This document shows positions 48,101-60,796 of a stretch of 64,000 nucleotides of DNA, in pieces. A program made the translations under genes and the position numbers. Source of the stretch: Amphiscolops sp. MND2022 (lineage: Eukaryota); NCBI GenBank assembly GCA_964187785.1, contig OZ076421.1, positions 41,106,001 to 41,170,000 of the forward strand. The letters are read 5' to 3'. Each line of letters begins with the position of its first letter. Position 1 is the first letter of the stretch. Under the pieces are notes generated by a model. That model ran no database searches. It was given only the letters and a program-made list of their open reading frames with translations, and was not told the DNA's origin.

Positions 48101-51100
48101 ACATTTTCTCTATATGAGCTGACAAAGCAACAGGTACCACTCCAAAGCGCAAAATGATGGAGTAAAGGTCGTCCTGTACTGTTGGACCAACCATCAGAGT
48201 GTCATTCAAAGACTTTCCAGTGGAAGTCTTCGCAGATCCATCGAAGACAACACGAAGTTCTGTAGTGGTCGAATCATCTTTGAATACGCAAGGGTGGGGT
48301 AAGTAGAAGCTTTTGCTGTCCTCGCAGCGTGTCTCGTTCGCTGGAACCTCCTCCATATGCCCAGATTCCACAAATTGATCGATGAAAGACTCGTAGCGTG
48401 ATTTGAGCTCTGGATCTGAATCTAGAGGTTTTTCAAGTGCCTTGAACCTTCTGTTTGCTTGATCTAAACGTTCTCCCAACTGACAATCTTGCTTGAAGGG
48501 TAATGATACAGTGAAACGGTTGTCTTGGTTTTTTGTCGTGTTAACAAAATGTTGTTCACAGGCTTCTTCTTCCTTGGAGAACTGACGACCTTTTGGAATT
48601 TCCTTCAATTCCCAAAATTGCTTTAAATCAAAGTCGACTGATGATGGGAAGGAACTAACGCATGTCACTGATTTGCCAGGATTTGATCCACAGATTGTCC
48701 ACCCGAATACTGTTTTGCGTGCATAGATACCATCACACACTTTGGTTCTTTCGTTTCCAATGACTTGTTCATAAAGATCAATTCCGATGATGATATCAAT
48801 ATTGGAAGGTTTTGCGAAATTTGGGTCAGAAAGCTAACGGTATCTTCAACTGAGAGCCCCCTTGAGGCCAGATCTGCTGGGTTGTCATTTTTTGGAACAT
48901 GATTCCAGCTATCTCTTTTGATAATTTCTGGTTTGTAGGAAACTCTGTTTGCTACAAAGGTGATCCAAGTTCGTGGGAGTTGCGATAACCACTGGAGAGT
49001 GATGGTGGAGTCTGTCCATGCGTGGAACGATTGTTCAAGACCAGTTATATGAAGAGTTGACATGGTAGCTTCAAGCAGTTTTGCGGCTAAGTGTGCACCA
49101 CAAAACCAAGTCAAGGCATTGAGACAACTTTCACTGGGGCAACCTTCGTTTTAGAAGTGATCAAATGCGAACTCACATTTTCAAAGGCATCAGTGGTACG
49201 AGCAAAGATGACGGCAGCATATACCTTCTCTGAGGCATCGCACAAATCATGGAGTTGAAACGAACTATTTCAGCTCAGAATAGTACTGTAAAAACTGCTG
49301 CTTGATCGGTTCCGGAACAAACTCGTCCCACTTGACTCCAGTCAACCAAATTTGCTGAAGTAGATTTTTGAACACGATGATGATGGGAGATAGCCAACCC
49401 AATGGATCATACAATTTGGCTGTAGCTGAATTAGGACTGCCTTTGGTGAGTATTGTCACAGCCGGTAGATCCCTTTTGAAACATATGATGTCCAGGTTTG
49501 ATTTCCAAATCATTCCTACAGCCTTTATTTAGTAGTCGTCTGACAAGATTTCACATTCTTTAGCTGTTTCTCGCAGCTCATCGGGTAATTCCTTAATCAA
49601 TAGAACAGCTTGATACCCCTTTACGCACTGGGAATCCATATTTGAGGAGTTCCCAATGATGATCTGCAATCAGTTTTCGTGCATCTTCAACAGAACTTTC
49701 TCCACCAAGTTAATGATCCACATAGAAGGACTGCTCCAAGTGATATTGGACCTGTGAGTAGCAAGTTCGCTTGGCAACTTCTTTCAGACATCTCTTGGAA
49801 TGAAAGGATGATTATGCAATGCCGTATGTCACTATTGTCATGCAAAAAAAATGCACAGGTACGTTCTTTCTTTCACGCCAAATGATCCGATGAAAATGAT
49901 CCGATCATTGTCTGGTACGTCTAAAGCAACCTGTCTGTACATTTTCTCTATATCAGCTGACAAAGCAACAAGTACCACTCAAAAGCCCAAAATGATGGAA
50001 CAAAGATCGTCCTGTATTGTTGGACCAACCATCAGAGTGTCATTCAAAGACTTTTCAGTGGAAGTCTTCGCAGATCCATCGAAGACAACACGGAGTTTTG
50101 TAAAGGTCGAATCGTCTTTGAATACGCAATGGTGGGGTAGGTAGAAGCTTTTGCTGTCCTCGCAGCGTGTCTCGTTCGCTGGAATCTCCTCCATATGCCC
50201 AGTTTCCACAAATTGATCGATGGATGACTCGTAGCGTGATTTGAGCTATGGATCTGAATCTAGACGTTTTTCAAGTGACTCGAACCTTATGTTTGCTTGA
50301 TCTAAACTTTCTCCCAACTGAAGATCTTACTTGAAGGGTAATGTTACAGTGAAACGGTTGTCTTGGTTTTTTGTCGTGTTAACAAAATGTTGTTCACAGG
50401 CTTCTTCTTCCTTGGAGAACTGACGACCTTTTGGAATTTCCTCCAATTCCCAAAATTGCTTGAGTCTCTTTTGATAAATTCTTGTTTGTAGGAAACTCTG
50501 TTTGCTACAAAAGTGGTCCAAGTTCACGGGAGTTGCGATAACCACTGGAGAGTGATGGTGGAGTCTGTCCATGCGTGGAAAAGTTGTTCAAGACCAGTTA
50601 TATGAAGAGTTGACATGGTAGCTTCAAGCAGTTTTGCGGCTAAGTGTGCACCACAAAACTAAAGACAAGGCATTGAGACAACTTTCACTGGGGCAACCTT
50701 TGTTTTAGAAGTGATCAAATGCGAACTCACATTTCCAAAGACATCAGTGGTACGAGCATAGATGACGGTAGCATATACCTTCTCTGAGGCATCGCAGAAA
50801 ACATCGAGTTGAAAGTCTTGAAATGCATTTTTTACAAGTGCACGCGGCATTGTGATTTGGGCGAACTATTTCAGCTCAGAATAGTACTGTAAAAACTGCT
50901 GCTTGATCGGTTCCAGAACGAGCTCGTCCCACTTGACTCCAGTCAGCCAAATTTGTTGAAGTAGAATTTTGAACACGATGATGATGGGAGATAGCCAACC
51001 CATTGGATCATACAATTTGGCTGTAGCTGGAAATAGACTGCCTTTGGTGAGTACTGTCACAGCAGGTAGATCCGTTATGAAACAAATGATGTCCAGGTTT

Positions 51101-54095
51101 GGTTTCTAAATCATTCCTACAGCCTTAATTTAGTAGTCGTCTGACAAGATTTCACATTCGTTAGCTGTTTCTCGCAGCTCATCGGGTAATTCCTCAATCA
51201 ATGGAACAGCTTGATACCCATTTACGCACTGGGAATCCATATTTGAGGAGTTCGGAATGATGATCTCCAATCAATTTTTGTGCATCTTCAACAGAATTTT
51301 CTCCGCTAAGTAAATCATCCACATAGAAGGACTGCTCCAAGTGATATTGGACCTGTGAGTTGCAAGTTCGCTTGGCAACTTCTTTCAGACATCTCGTGAA
51401 ATGAAAGGATGATTATGCAATGCCGTATGTCACTATTGTCATGCGAAAAAAATGCACAAGTACGTCCTCTCTTTCACGCCAAATGATCCGATGAAAATGA
51501 TCCGATCATTGTCTGGTACGTCTAAAGCAACCTGTCTGTACATTTTCTCTATATGAGCTGACAAAGCAACAGGTACCACTCCAAAGCGCAAAATGATGGA
51601 GTAAAGGTCGTCCTGTACTGTTGGACCAACCATCAGAGTGTCATTCAAAGACTTTCCAGTGGAAGTCTTCGCAGATCCATCGAAGACAACACGAAGTTCT
51701 GTAGAGTTCGAATCATCTTTGAATACGCAATGGTGGGGTAAGTAGAAGCTTTTGCTGTCCTCGCAGCGTGTCTCGTTCGCTGGAACCTCCTCCATATGCC
51801 CAGTTTCCACAAATTGATCGATGAAAGACTCGTAGCGTGATTTGAGCTCTGGATCTGAATCTAGACGTTTTTCAAGTGCCTTGAACCTTCTGTTTGCTTG
51901 ATCTAAACGTTCTCCCAACTGACAATCTTGCTTGAAGGGTAATGATACAGTGAAACGGTTGTGTTGGTGTTTTGTCGTGTTAACAAAATGTTGTTCACAG
52001 GCTTCTTCTTCCTTGGAGAACTGACGAACTTTTGGAATTTCCTTCAATTCCCAAAATTGCTTTAAATCAAAGTCGACTGATGATGGGAAGGAACTAACGG
52101 TTGTCACTGATTTGCCAGGATTTGATCCACAGATTGTCCACCCGAATACTGTTTTGCGTGCATAGATACCATCACACACTTTGGTTCTTTCGTTTCCAAT
52201 GACTTGTTCATAAAGATCAATTCCGATGATGATATCAATATTGGAAGGTTTTGCGAAATTTGGGTCAGAAAGCTAACGGTATCTTCAACTGAGAGCCCCC
52301 TTGAGGCCAGATCTGCTGGGTTGTCATTTGTTGGAACATGATTCCAGCTATCTCTTTTGATAATTTCTTGTTTGTAGGAAACTCTGTTTGCTACAAAGGT
52401 GATCCAAGTTCGTGGGAGTTGCGATAACCACTGGAGAGTGATGGTGGAGTCTGTCCATGCGTGGAAAGATTGTTCAAGACCAGTTATATGAAGAGTTGAC
52501 ATGGTAGCTTCAAGCAGTTTTGCGGCTAAGTGTGCACCACAAAACCAAAGTCAAGGCATTGAGACAACTTTCACTGGGGCAACCTTCGTTTTAGAAGTGA
52601 TCAAATGCGAACTCACATTTCCAAAGGCATCAGTGGTACGAGCATAGATGACGGCAGCATATACCTTCTCTGAGGCATCGCACAAAACATGGAGTTGAAA
52701 CGAACTATTTCAGCTCAGAATAGTACTGTAAAAACTGCTGCTTGATCGGTTCCGGAACAAGCTCGTCCCACGTGACTCCAGTCAACCAAAGTTGCTGAAG
52801 TAGATTTTTGAACACGATGATGATGGGAGATAGCCAACCCAATGGATCATACAATTTGGCTGTAGCTGAATTAAGACTGCCTTTGGTGAGTATTGTCACA
52901 GCAGGTAGATCCCTTTTGAAACATATGATGTCCAGGTTTGATTTCCAAATCATTCCTACAGCCTTTATTTAGTAGTCGTCTGACAAGATTTCACATTCTT
53001 TAGCTGTTTCTCGCAGCTCATCGGGTAATTCCTTAATCAATAGAACAGCTTGATACCCATTTACGCACTGGGATGCCATATTTGAGGAGTTCCCAATGAT
53101 GATCTGCATTCAGTTTTCGTGCATCTTCAGAATTTTCTCCGCCAAGTAAATGATCCACATAGAAGGACTGCTCCAAGTGATATTGGACCTGTGAGTAGCA
53201 AGTTCGCTTGGCAACTTCTTTCAGACATCTCTTGGAATGAAAGGATGATTATGCAATGCCGTATGTCACTATTGTCATGCAAAAAAATGCACAGGTACGT
53301 CCTTTCTTTCACGCCAAATGATCCGATGAAAATGATCCGATCATTGTCTGGTACGTCTAAAGCAACCTGTCTGTACATTTTCTCTATATGAGCTGACAAA
53401 GCAACTGGTACCACTCCAAAGCGCAAAATGATGGAGTAAAGGTCTTCCTGTACTGTTGGACCAACCATCAGAGAGTCATTCAAAGACTTTCCAGTGGCAG
53501 ATCCATCGAAGACAACGCGAAGTTTTGTAGTGGTCGAATCGTCTTTGAATACGCAATGGTGGGGTAGGTAGAAGCTTTTGCTGTCCTCGCATCGTGTCTC
53601 GTTTGCTGGAACCTCCTCCATATGCCCAGTTTCCACAAGTTGATGGATGAATGACTTGTAGCGTGATTTGAGCTCTGGATCTGAACCTAGACGTTTTTCA
53701 AGTGCCTTGAACCTTCTGTTTGCTTGATCTAAACGTTCTCCCAACTGACAATCTTGCTTGAAGGGTAATGATACAATGAAAAGGTTGTCTTGGTGTTTTG
53801 TCGTGTTAACAAAATGTTGTTCACAGGCTTCTTCTTCCTTGGAGAACTGACGACCTTTTGGAATTTCCTTCAATTCCCAAAATTGCTTTAAACCAAAGTC
53901 GACTGATGATGGGAAGGAACTAACGGTTGTCCCTGATTTGCCAGGTTTTGATCCACAGATTGTCCACCCGAATACTGTTTTGCGTGCGTAGATACCATCA
54001 CACACTTTGGTTCTTTCGTTTCCAATGACTTGTTCAAAAAGATCAAATCCGATGATGATATCAATATTGGAAGGTTGTGCGAAATTTGGGTCAAA
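42100..54095 (-). repeat. Tandem array of seven decayed BEL RT-RNase H segments (junctions ~43838, 45433, 47025, 48831, 50464, 52270)
   Basis: Repeating ORFs at 1592-1595-bp spacing (44033/45628/47220; 42646/44240) and 3439-bp spacing (48000/51439; 48665/52104). Motifs QFWEL, YLPHH, ADIEKMYRQ, FYVDD, KLYDP, DASEK, SKTKVAP in most units. Confidence 0.95.
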
Positions 54096-54099
54096 AAGC

Positions 54100-55668
54100 T
54101 TGATCTTTGGAAACTTGGTTAGCTCTGGTATTTTTAGCGGACTGGAAGGAATAACAGCTGGCAGTCGTGGTAAAACGAATGCTGAAACATTGTAGGGGAT
54201 GGAATTTTCATTAAAAATTGTCCGATCAGTCTTTCCACGGGTAGTTGATTTTGATGTACATCCAATGCCATTGATAATTATCTCGGATTTGAGTCGTTTC
54301 TGTTGGAAACGTTGCACACAGTCCTCGCTAATAAAGCTCAATTCCGATCCACTATCCAGAAGTGCTCGACACTTGTGTGCAATGCCAGTTTTCGAAAAGA
54401 CTGACACTTCCACTGTAGGGAGGAAGTGTTTCGCAAAAAATATCCCCTCGTAACGAAAATGCCAATTGACCACGGGGCTCTGTACAGTTTGCTCACCAGG
54501 GGTACGGAGCAGGGTATGTGCAGTTTGTGACACTTCTGACACCTTGATTTGAAGGTCTTAGAATTAGGACCTGGTCGTAAACAGTTGAAACACAACTTCT
54601 TCGTCTTGATAAATTTCTGTTTGTCGTCATAACTCATAATCTTGAATTGATCACACTGGTGTAGTTTATATCCCTCGGAGCAGTTGATGCAGGAAACGCT
54701 AGCAGTAGAGCCTTAGTAACCTTGAACCTTCTTTGAATTTTCTTGACTAACTTGCTTGCTGATGCTGAGGCTTCGGGCCCTATTCTCAAGAAATTGCTTT
54801 AGGCTGTCCATGCTCTGAGCATCATCACTCTTGCTGTGAAGTTCCCATCTTCTGCGTCTCTGGGTGTCCAACTTTTTTGCTATGATGTGAACCGAGATGA
54901 AATCTGATGTCCGACATCTAATCTCATTCCTTGTAGGGCCATCGTGTTTTCCATGAAATTGCTAATCAATTTCCGAAGCTGATCAGGTGATTCTTCTTTG
55001 ATCGGACGAAAATCAAAGATGGCTTCTAGATTCGTTTGTTCGAATACCTGTCTTGGAGAAGTTTTTTGGCAACTTCGTAATTCGCACTGGAAGTAGGTAA
55101 ATGCAATAGAAGACGAGCAGGCTCATCTTTCAGTGGAGACTTAAGTTAGTGGAGAGTTTCTGAATGTTGCTAAGCGTACGATTGCTGTCCACGGTGCTGT
55201 TGAATGTCTCTGAAAATGGTGTCCACACAGAGTTTTTCCCAGTGAATATAGGAAGACTGAGTTTTGGCAGCTTTAGTCCAGAAGTGAATGTTTGTTGATT
55301 ATCTTCAGTCAGAGTCTGTGGTTGTCTCGGGGCGGCTTGAGCACCCTCTTCGATCCGTTCTTTGGCCATTTCAAGCGCTTTGATCGTTGTTTTGATCCTG
55401 AGATCATTATCATCACTTCTAGACTTTTCAGTTTCGATCTCTTCCGAGATTGTGTCACTTTCAGTCAGTTCGTTGATGATGCGTTTGTTTAGTTCTTCAA
55501 TCTTGGATACTTGCTCCTTGCACCTTTCAAGAAAACACTTGATCTTTGAGATTTCCAGCAGCGTTAGTGTCCTAGGTTCCTTCTTAAGGATTTCTTTCAT
55601 TGAGTTTTCTGTCCTGGTAATTGTTCCGAGATGGCCAGATCTTGTTCTTTTCAAAGCTTCAGCCATTT
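54100..55668 (-). pseudogene. BEL-2 gag and protease
   Basis: MAEALKRTRSGHLGTITR; LPKLSLPIFTG..WTPFSETF (Pao gag); KLCFNCLRPG, CQKCHKLH (Zn knuckles); ALLDSGSELSFIS (protease). Confidence 0.9.
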
Positions 55669-55727
55669 CAAATTTAATAATCCTTCTGTTCAGTAGATTG
55701 AATTTCCAAGTTTCGAACTTCCTGGGT

Positions 55728-55898
55728 AATCGGTGCACCAAAACAAACTTGAGTCTTGAAATAAAGTGGGAAAGTGTGAATAAACGTGGCAGAAAATCAA
55801 CAGTTCAAACTTGCTCATTTGTAAAATCATGTGTTGATTTCTGATTGGTTAATTCAAAAATTAGCATCACAAACGAATATTTTTAGAAAGCATCAACA
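55728..55898 (-). repeat. BEL-2 5' LTR (55745-55898) and PBS (TGGTGCAccgat, tRNA-Gly-like, 55728-55740)
   Basis: TGTTGATGC start; TGGTGCA 4 nt after the aligned LTR end; gag ATG ~60 nt downstream. Confidence 0.8.
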
Positions 55899-55944
55899 AG
55901 AACCAAGGTTTTTAAAAAGATGCGATAATATACAGCTTCAAAAA

Positions 55945-56140
55945 TTACTTATATATAAAATACTTGAAACGCATCTATCGCTCACAGATCCTAACACACA
56001 GGCCACATTGCCGGTCTGAGGAGCCATTGAGATCAGTTGCTTCAAAATGCTGCCAGCATGTTGATCGTCGTGCGATCGACAGAGACGCGTAACAAAATAT
56101 TTTACTGCTCTCGCCTAAAGAACCCTGTACTTCCATCATT
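55945..56140 (-). mobile_element. 3' fragment of a CRE-like RLE non-LTR element
   Basis: MEVQGSLGESSKIF..TRLC..HDDQ..GS.LKQ.ISMA.Q.GN.ACVLG aligns to 57720-57929. Confidence 0.75.
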
Positions 56141-56284
56141 GCATATTCAAATTTTTGCAATAATTGGGGGCAAATACTTGATTGCAGTTGTTACAAATTC
56201 CGATCAATTGATTGACACATGCTAATAATTGCAAAAATTGGGTACCAGATCAATTACACCAAAGAAAGATGAACTTATCATTCT

Positions 56285-56748
56285 GGCTTCGGGCAATAAG
56301 TTCAGTTTACTAGGTTCGAATTTGATCTTGTGCAATGAGTTCAAATGGAATAGTTTCCAGACACCACGTTCAATTTTCCTTATTGGGCAAATCCGGTGTA
56401 AACTGGACATCCTTCACACAATATCTTGAGAGCTCCACCGCCTAGGATCTAAAGGAATCTAAAAACTGAAATGTGGGGCATATCCGGTGTATGCACGCTC
56501 GCGCTCACCGTCGCAAAGACCAATGATTTCCGTTCGCGATTTCCGTTCCCGCTAGGTTTTTGCTCCTGTTCGACCTCGCTTAGCAAGGGGCTGCGGGCAC
56601 TAGCTGAAATGGGGAAAATATCAGAGGCACGTTAGTTCAAAATTCGAACACAGTGATTTAAACTTGTTCCGGTTTTTGGAAAATTCGAACTTAGTCCATT
56701 CCAAAATGGATATCGAGCTTATGCGTTCGAACTTATTATCTTGCCCCA
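56285..56748. mobile_element. MITE family B, copy 2
   Basis: gggcaataagttc...tcgaacttattatcttgcccc; contains the shared core module with an internal deletion. Confidence 0.72.
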
Positions 56749-56759
56749 TCATTCTTGGT

Positions 56760-57972
56760 TAACCGCGCGAACCGAAATTACAAGTAGACTTATTGGAGAA
56801 AAAAATTAATGAACTGGAACAAGGTAACGGGATTGTTGAAAAACTAGATGCGCACTATGGTTTTTTGATGTTAAAAAAATGCTTCAGTTTGCCAAAGTTG
56901 TTGTACTTCCTGGAAACCAGTACTTGTTTTAATCATCCAGCTCTCTTAGAGAAATATGACAAAACCGTGCGCGACGGAATTTCCAAAGTGTGTAATGTGA
57001 ACTTCGACGATATTTCGAGTACTCAGCTGACTCTGCCTGCTGAGATGGGTGGTCTTTGGGTTTCATCCGCATCACTATTAGCACTTCCTCTTTCTTGACG
57101 CTTTCTGGACTCAGCTTTTGGTGCGAGTGATTTCCTCACGACGAATTTTTTGTGAAGAATCGAAATTGTTTCGTTTGCAAAAGCGCTTGAGAAGTGGTTG
57201 AGTTTGACGAATGAACAAGAAAGTCCTCTCGATGGAACTCCAGAAAAAGGCAAATTCGGAACTCAATGGCTGAACGTCGTTCCTTGCAAGAACCTAGGCC
57301 TGAAACTTGATGATCAGCAACTTCGAATTTCAATTGGTTTGCGTCTCGGTGCCAACATCTGCGTTGCGCATACGTGCCATTTTGATAAAATAGGTTAAGG
57401 GGACGGTTTACACGGTCTTTCTTGCACCAAAAATGCTGGTCGCTTCTCACGTCATGCTATTCTCAATTCTCTCATAAAGCAGACGTTGGGATCTGTCGAC
57501 TTGCCTTCAATGCTCGAACCGCGTGGACTGTACCGAACTGAATTGCAAACGCCCAGACGGTGTTACCATGATCCTTAGGGAAATGGTTAAACAGCTCTTG
57601 CACCCAGTCGCCTGAATCAAGGCTCTTTATGCAACCCGGCAACCACCGCCACCGAGACTGAAGCGCGTAAAATTGAGAAGTATTGCGAATTAAAAGACAA
57701 TGGATACATTTTTCAGCCGGTGGCCTTGGAAGTTCAGGGTTCTTCAGACGAGAGCAGTGAAATTTTCACAACGCGTCTCTGTGAAATGCTCTGTCGTTTG
57801 CACGATGACCAAAGAATTGGCAGCTTTTTGAAGCAACGGATTTCAATGGCTCTTCAGATCGGCAATGCGGCCTGTGTTCTAGGAACTAAAAGCGGCAGAG
57901 ATGCCATCGAAGAAATTTATTACATATAGCCTATATTGTTTTGAACTTTATATTATAGCAGCTTTAAAAAAA
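56760..57972 (+). mobile_element. 5'-truncated CRE-clade-like non-LTR retrotransposon (RT C-terminus, Zn knuckle, restriction-like endonuclease)
   Basis: SLPKLLYFL, QLTLPAEMGGL, QWLNVVPCKNLGL..LRLG, HTCH..LHGLSC..GRFSRH, RPDG, EARKIEKY, FQPVALEVQG; short A-rich tail. Confidence 0.82.
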
Positions 57973-58179
57973 TTTCTACCGGTCGACTGCATAGTCGCTG
58001 GCTTGAGTAGTTTTTTGGTTGCTTTTGGTTACTGGTCTACTGGTATAGTGGCTGGTACGGGGTTCTCTACGTTCGTTGCAGATCACGGCTGTGTGTCTTC
58101 GCCTCTCAACATGATGATACACATGGCACTTGATTGATGACAAAGATCCATGATATCTGACTAGTGGAAAAAAATTCAA

Positions 58180-58470
58180 TTACCAATTTTGCTGATAAAG
58201 TGTTGTTTGTTTCGATAAATAGTTTCAGAGACGTTACTGATTGGACTGATTGTTCACCATTCACTGGAATCAGGCTCTGGACAATCGAAACACTATGTCT
58301 CTGGGACTGCTCTGCGGGTTTGTCCCAGAGAATACAAACGTTTAGTATTTGGGTTTGAGTTTAAACAAGATGCCCACTAGGCACCGGAAATTTGCCGCCA
58401 AAAAATAACGCTTAAGCACGGATTCGAACCCACGATCTCCTGTTTGACAAGCAGACGCACTACCTAATTC
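58180..58470 (-). mobile_element. tRNA-derived SINE-like element (3' part of tRNA head plus body); 5' end lies at 60507-60517 beyond the MULE
   Basis: Minus strand TAGGTAGTGCGTCTGCTTGTCAAACAGGAGATCGTGGGTTCGAATCC has a perfect B box and resembles tRNA-Thr; rejoining gives GTCACCGTGACGAATTAGG (A-box-like). Downstream boundary approximate. Confidence 0.65.
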
Positions 58471-60498
58471 GGATTTTGGACGTTTCAGTGACAGACGTTT
58501 CGGAGACGGTATGGCAGCAGACGTTTCGGGGACAAAAGTGTCGCCGAAAAGTCCTCTAAAAAGCTAAAAACTAAAACGAAATACGAATTAGTATTGGATT
58601 ATGTTAACAGGATGGAGTGTATTAAAATTCAAAAGGAATGGTTATCAACAAGATTATCAAACATCAACAAATCATCATCAACATTTATCAACAAAATCAA
58701 CATATATTAAATTACTCGAATCGATGTATACAGAACGAAATGTCTTTCAATAACTGAGTAGCTGTAATGAAACCTTCCTCATAGGATGGATCTCCGCAAA
58801 GTGATGACTTCAGATTGAACTTCCTTCGATTCTTTACGTTGATATCGGTACACATTCCTTTTGTTAACAATTCCGCCGTTATCGTAACCAACTTTGCCTC
58901 TTCAGCAAAAAGCTGCAGGGTTTTCAATCAATTGACAATTCGAGGGTTGAGAATTGAAAATATCACATTTTAGGGAATTCAAATTACTTGCCAAATAGTA
59001 TTGGATTATATCTGCATCAGCATCAACGACTTGCGCCATCAATTTACTGAAAAGTTGTTATTTTATGAGTGAAATACGATGTTTTAACGAATGAATTGTT
59101 TTTTTTTAAAAAAAGGACACAAGAAATTGAAGAATTGAATTAGGAATTGAGGTCCCGAAAAATATAGATCTGGAATTGGGATTGGAATTGAAAAAAAGTA
59201 ATTGGAATTGGGATTGAATTGCCTAGAATTGGAATTGACCCCCTGGAATTGGAATTGGCATTGAAAACCCGTAGAAGCTGTACCAAAAGGTAGAACTGCA
59301 CTGAGTTGCGTCCCCCGGTTTTTGATCTCAAACGTCTGTGTTATCCTTTGCTATCATTGTTGGTTCGTATGGGGCGATCATACACATTAATATCAATAAT
59401 ACTTCAAACAGATTGCGATAACCAGGTACTACTATAGTATTCAAACAAAACAGAAAGAAGTGGATCAGCATTAAACGATTTCCAAAAAGTTTCAAACTCG
59501 GCTTGGACGCGCACAACAGGGAGAAATATTAGGCTCAATAGTTTCTGGCATATATCTTGTGTCCCAGTATCATTCTGAAAGCGAATTCCCAAACCAAGAT
59601 CTGTAATTTTTGATAAATAGCCTGACAAGGGTGAAATGCACAACCTTTCATTTGAATGCTAGGGTATACAGCACGAGAAGCAGTCCATAATGCCGCTTCA
59701 AAGTCGGAAATAATCTCCAGTGGAGAAAATTCAGGTACTAAATCACTTGTTTTCCACAGAATTGCCAGAAAACCGAATTAATGCTGATGGTGTAGTTAAA
59801 GTTAAACTTTCCTTCGCTATTGCAGACTCGGCAATGGATCCGGGTGGCTCAAAGACGTTCCGCTTTCCTCTGACTTGATTTGAACGATACACAATTATTT
59901 TTTGATGCTAGTTCAAAATCAAGTGGGTGAATGTGTGGACTTGGTCCATGCTTGAGTTCACGTCCGTCCGGCACAAATGTTGCCTTGCAATAACATTTTG
60001 CGCTCCTTACTGCACAAGGCCAATACATTTTCTCACCAGATTTATTATCTGACCAGGGCGCAGCTTCCTATAACAATGCCCGTCACTGGATGTTAACATA
60101 TCAGATTGCCTTTCAGTACCATGTTCCAGAATTTGTACTTGACATCTTCGGGTTCCGTGATAGTGCGCGGAGCGGGATCTTGTAACTGGGCAAAAACATT
60201 TAGTTGTTGGAGCACTGGATTGGTTACACTTTCCGTCGGGTCCTCCTCGCTACTGCTTGGATAATATTCCTCATATACGAATATCGGTTCCATGCCATTT
60301 TCCATCATCTGAAATACATAATTTTGAGTTTTTGGATGAAAAAAATATAAAAACAGGACAACAATAATAATTTCGAGCACGTTTACGCCACAAAGTAGCA
60401 AACGTATCTATGAGGAGACGTTTCGGCGACACTTTTGTCCCCTAAACGTCAGACGCCATAGTGTCGCTGAAACGTCTGTCGCCGGAACGTCTTGTTCC
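58471..60498 (-). mobile_element. Decayed Mutator-like (MULE) DNA transposon with ~90-bp TIRs and 8-9-bp TSD
   Basis: Inverted arms 58471-58557 and 60413-60498; CCTAATTC(G) at 58463-58470 and 60499-60506; minus strand reads IISDFEAALWTASRAVYPSIQMKGCAFH.CQAIYQKL (MULE DDE and C-x2-H signature). Confidence 0.88.
59131..59262. repeat. Degenerate (GGAATT)n simple-repeat tract inserted in the MULE
   Basis: Multiple ggaatt/ggaattg units interrupting the transposase relic. Confidence 0.75.
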
Positions 60499-60796
60499 CC
60501 TAATTCGTCACGGTGACTAAAATACCCAAAAGAACTATTTACTGAGTGGAGTTTTGAGAAGAGTAATAAAGTGAAGATTTGGCAGAATTTGTATAAAAAC
60601 CAACACAGATTATGATTTCCTCCCCCATTATGTGTGGACGGAAATAAATAAGCATATTTCAAGGTAAATCATAAAAAATTAGCCCTTTTCACTAATAAAA
60701 AATAAACAAAAAATTAGAAACCAATGAATAAGTTGTTCCAATGGAAAATTCATTAACCTCTCTGGTAGTAACAAAGTGAAATAACACATTGAAAAG

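Larger units (their letters stand above)
38647..55898 (-). mobile_element. BEL/Pao LTR retrotransposon (BEL-2), 17.25 kb, with internal RT-RNase H array and antisense JmjC-like ORF
   Basis: LTRs 55745-55898 and 38647-39271 (~155 bp excluding the MITE, ~90% identical by eye); AGAAC at both flanks (38642-38646, 55899-55903); gag-PR-RT-RH-INT on the minus strand. Confidence 0.9.

Noticed and set aside
43062-54637. Numerous plus-strand ORFs in the BEL-2 array
   Set aside because: Shadow frames opposite the RT-RNase H coding strand, repeated only because the array is repeated.
57976-58179. Low-complexity ORFs after the CRE-like element
   Set aside because: Short, with no motif or homology visible.
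58405-58470. Functional tRNA-Asp gene
   Set aside because: Split by a MULE, acceptor stem unpaired and anticodon stem mismatched; treated as a SINE head.
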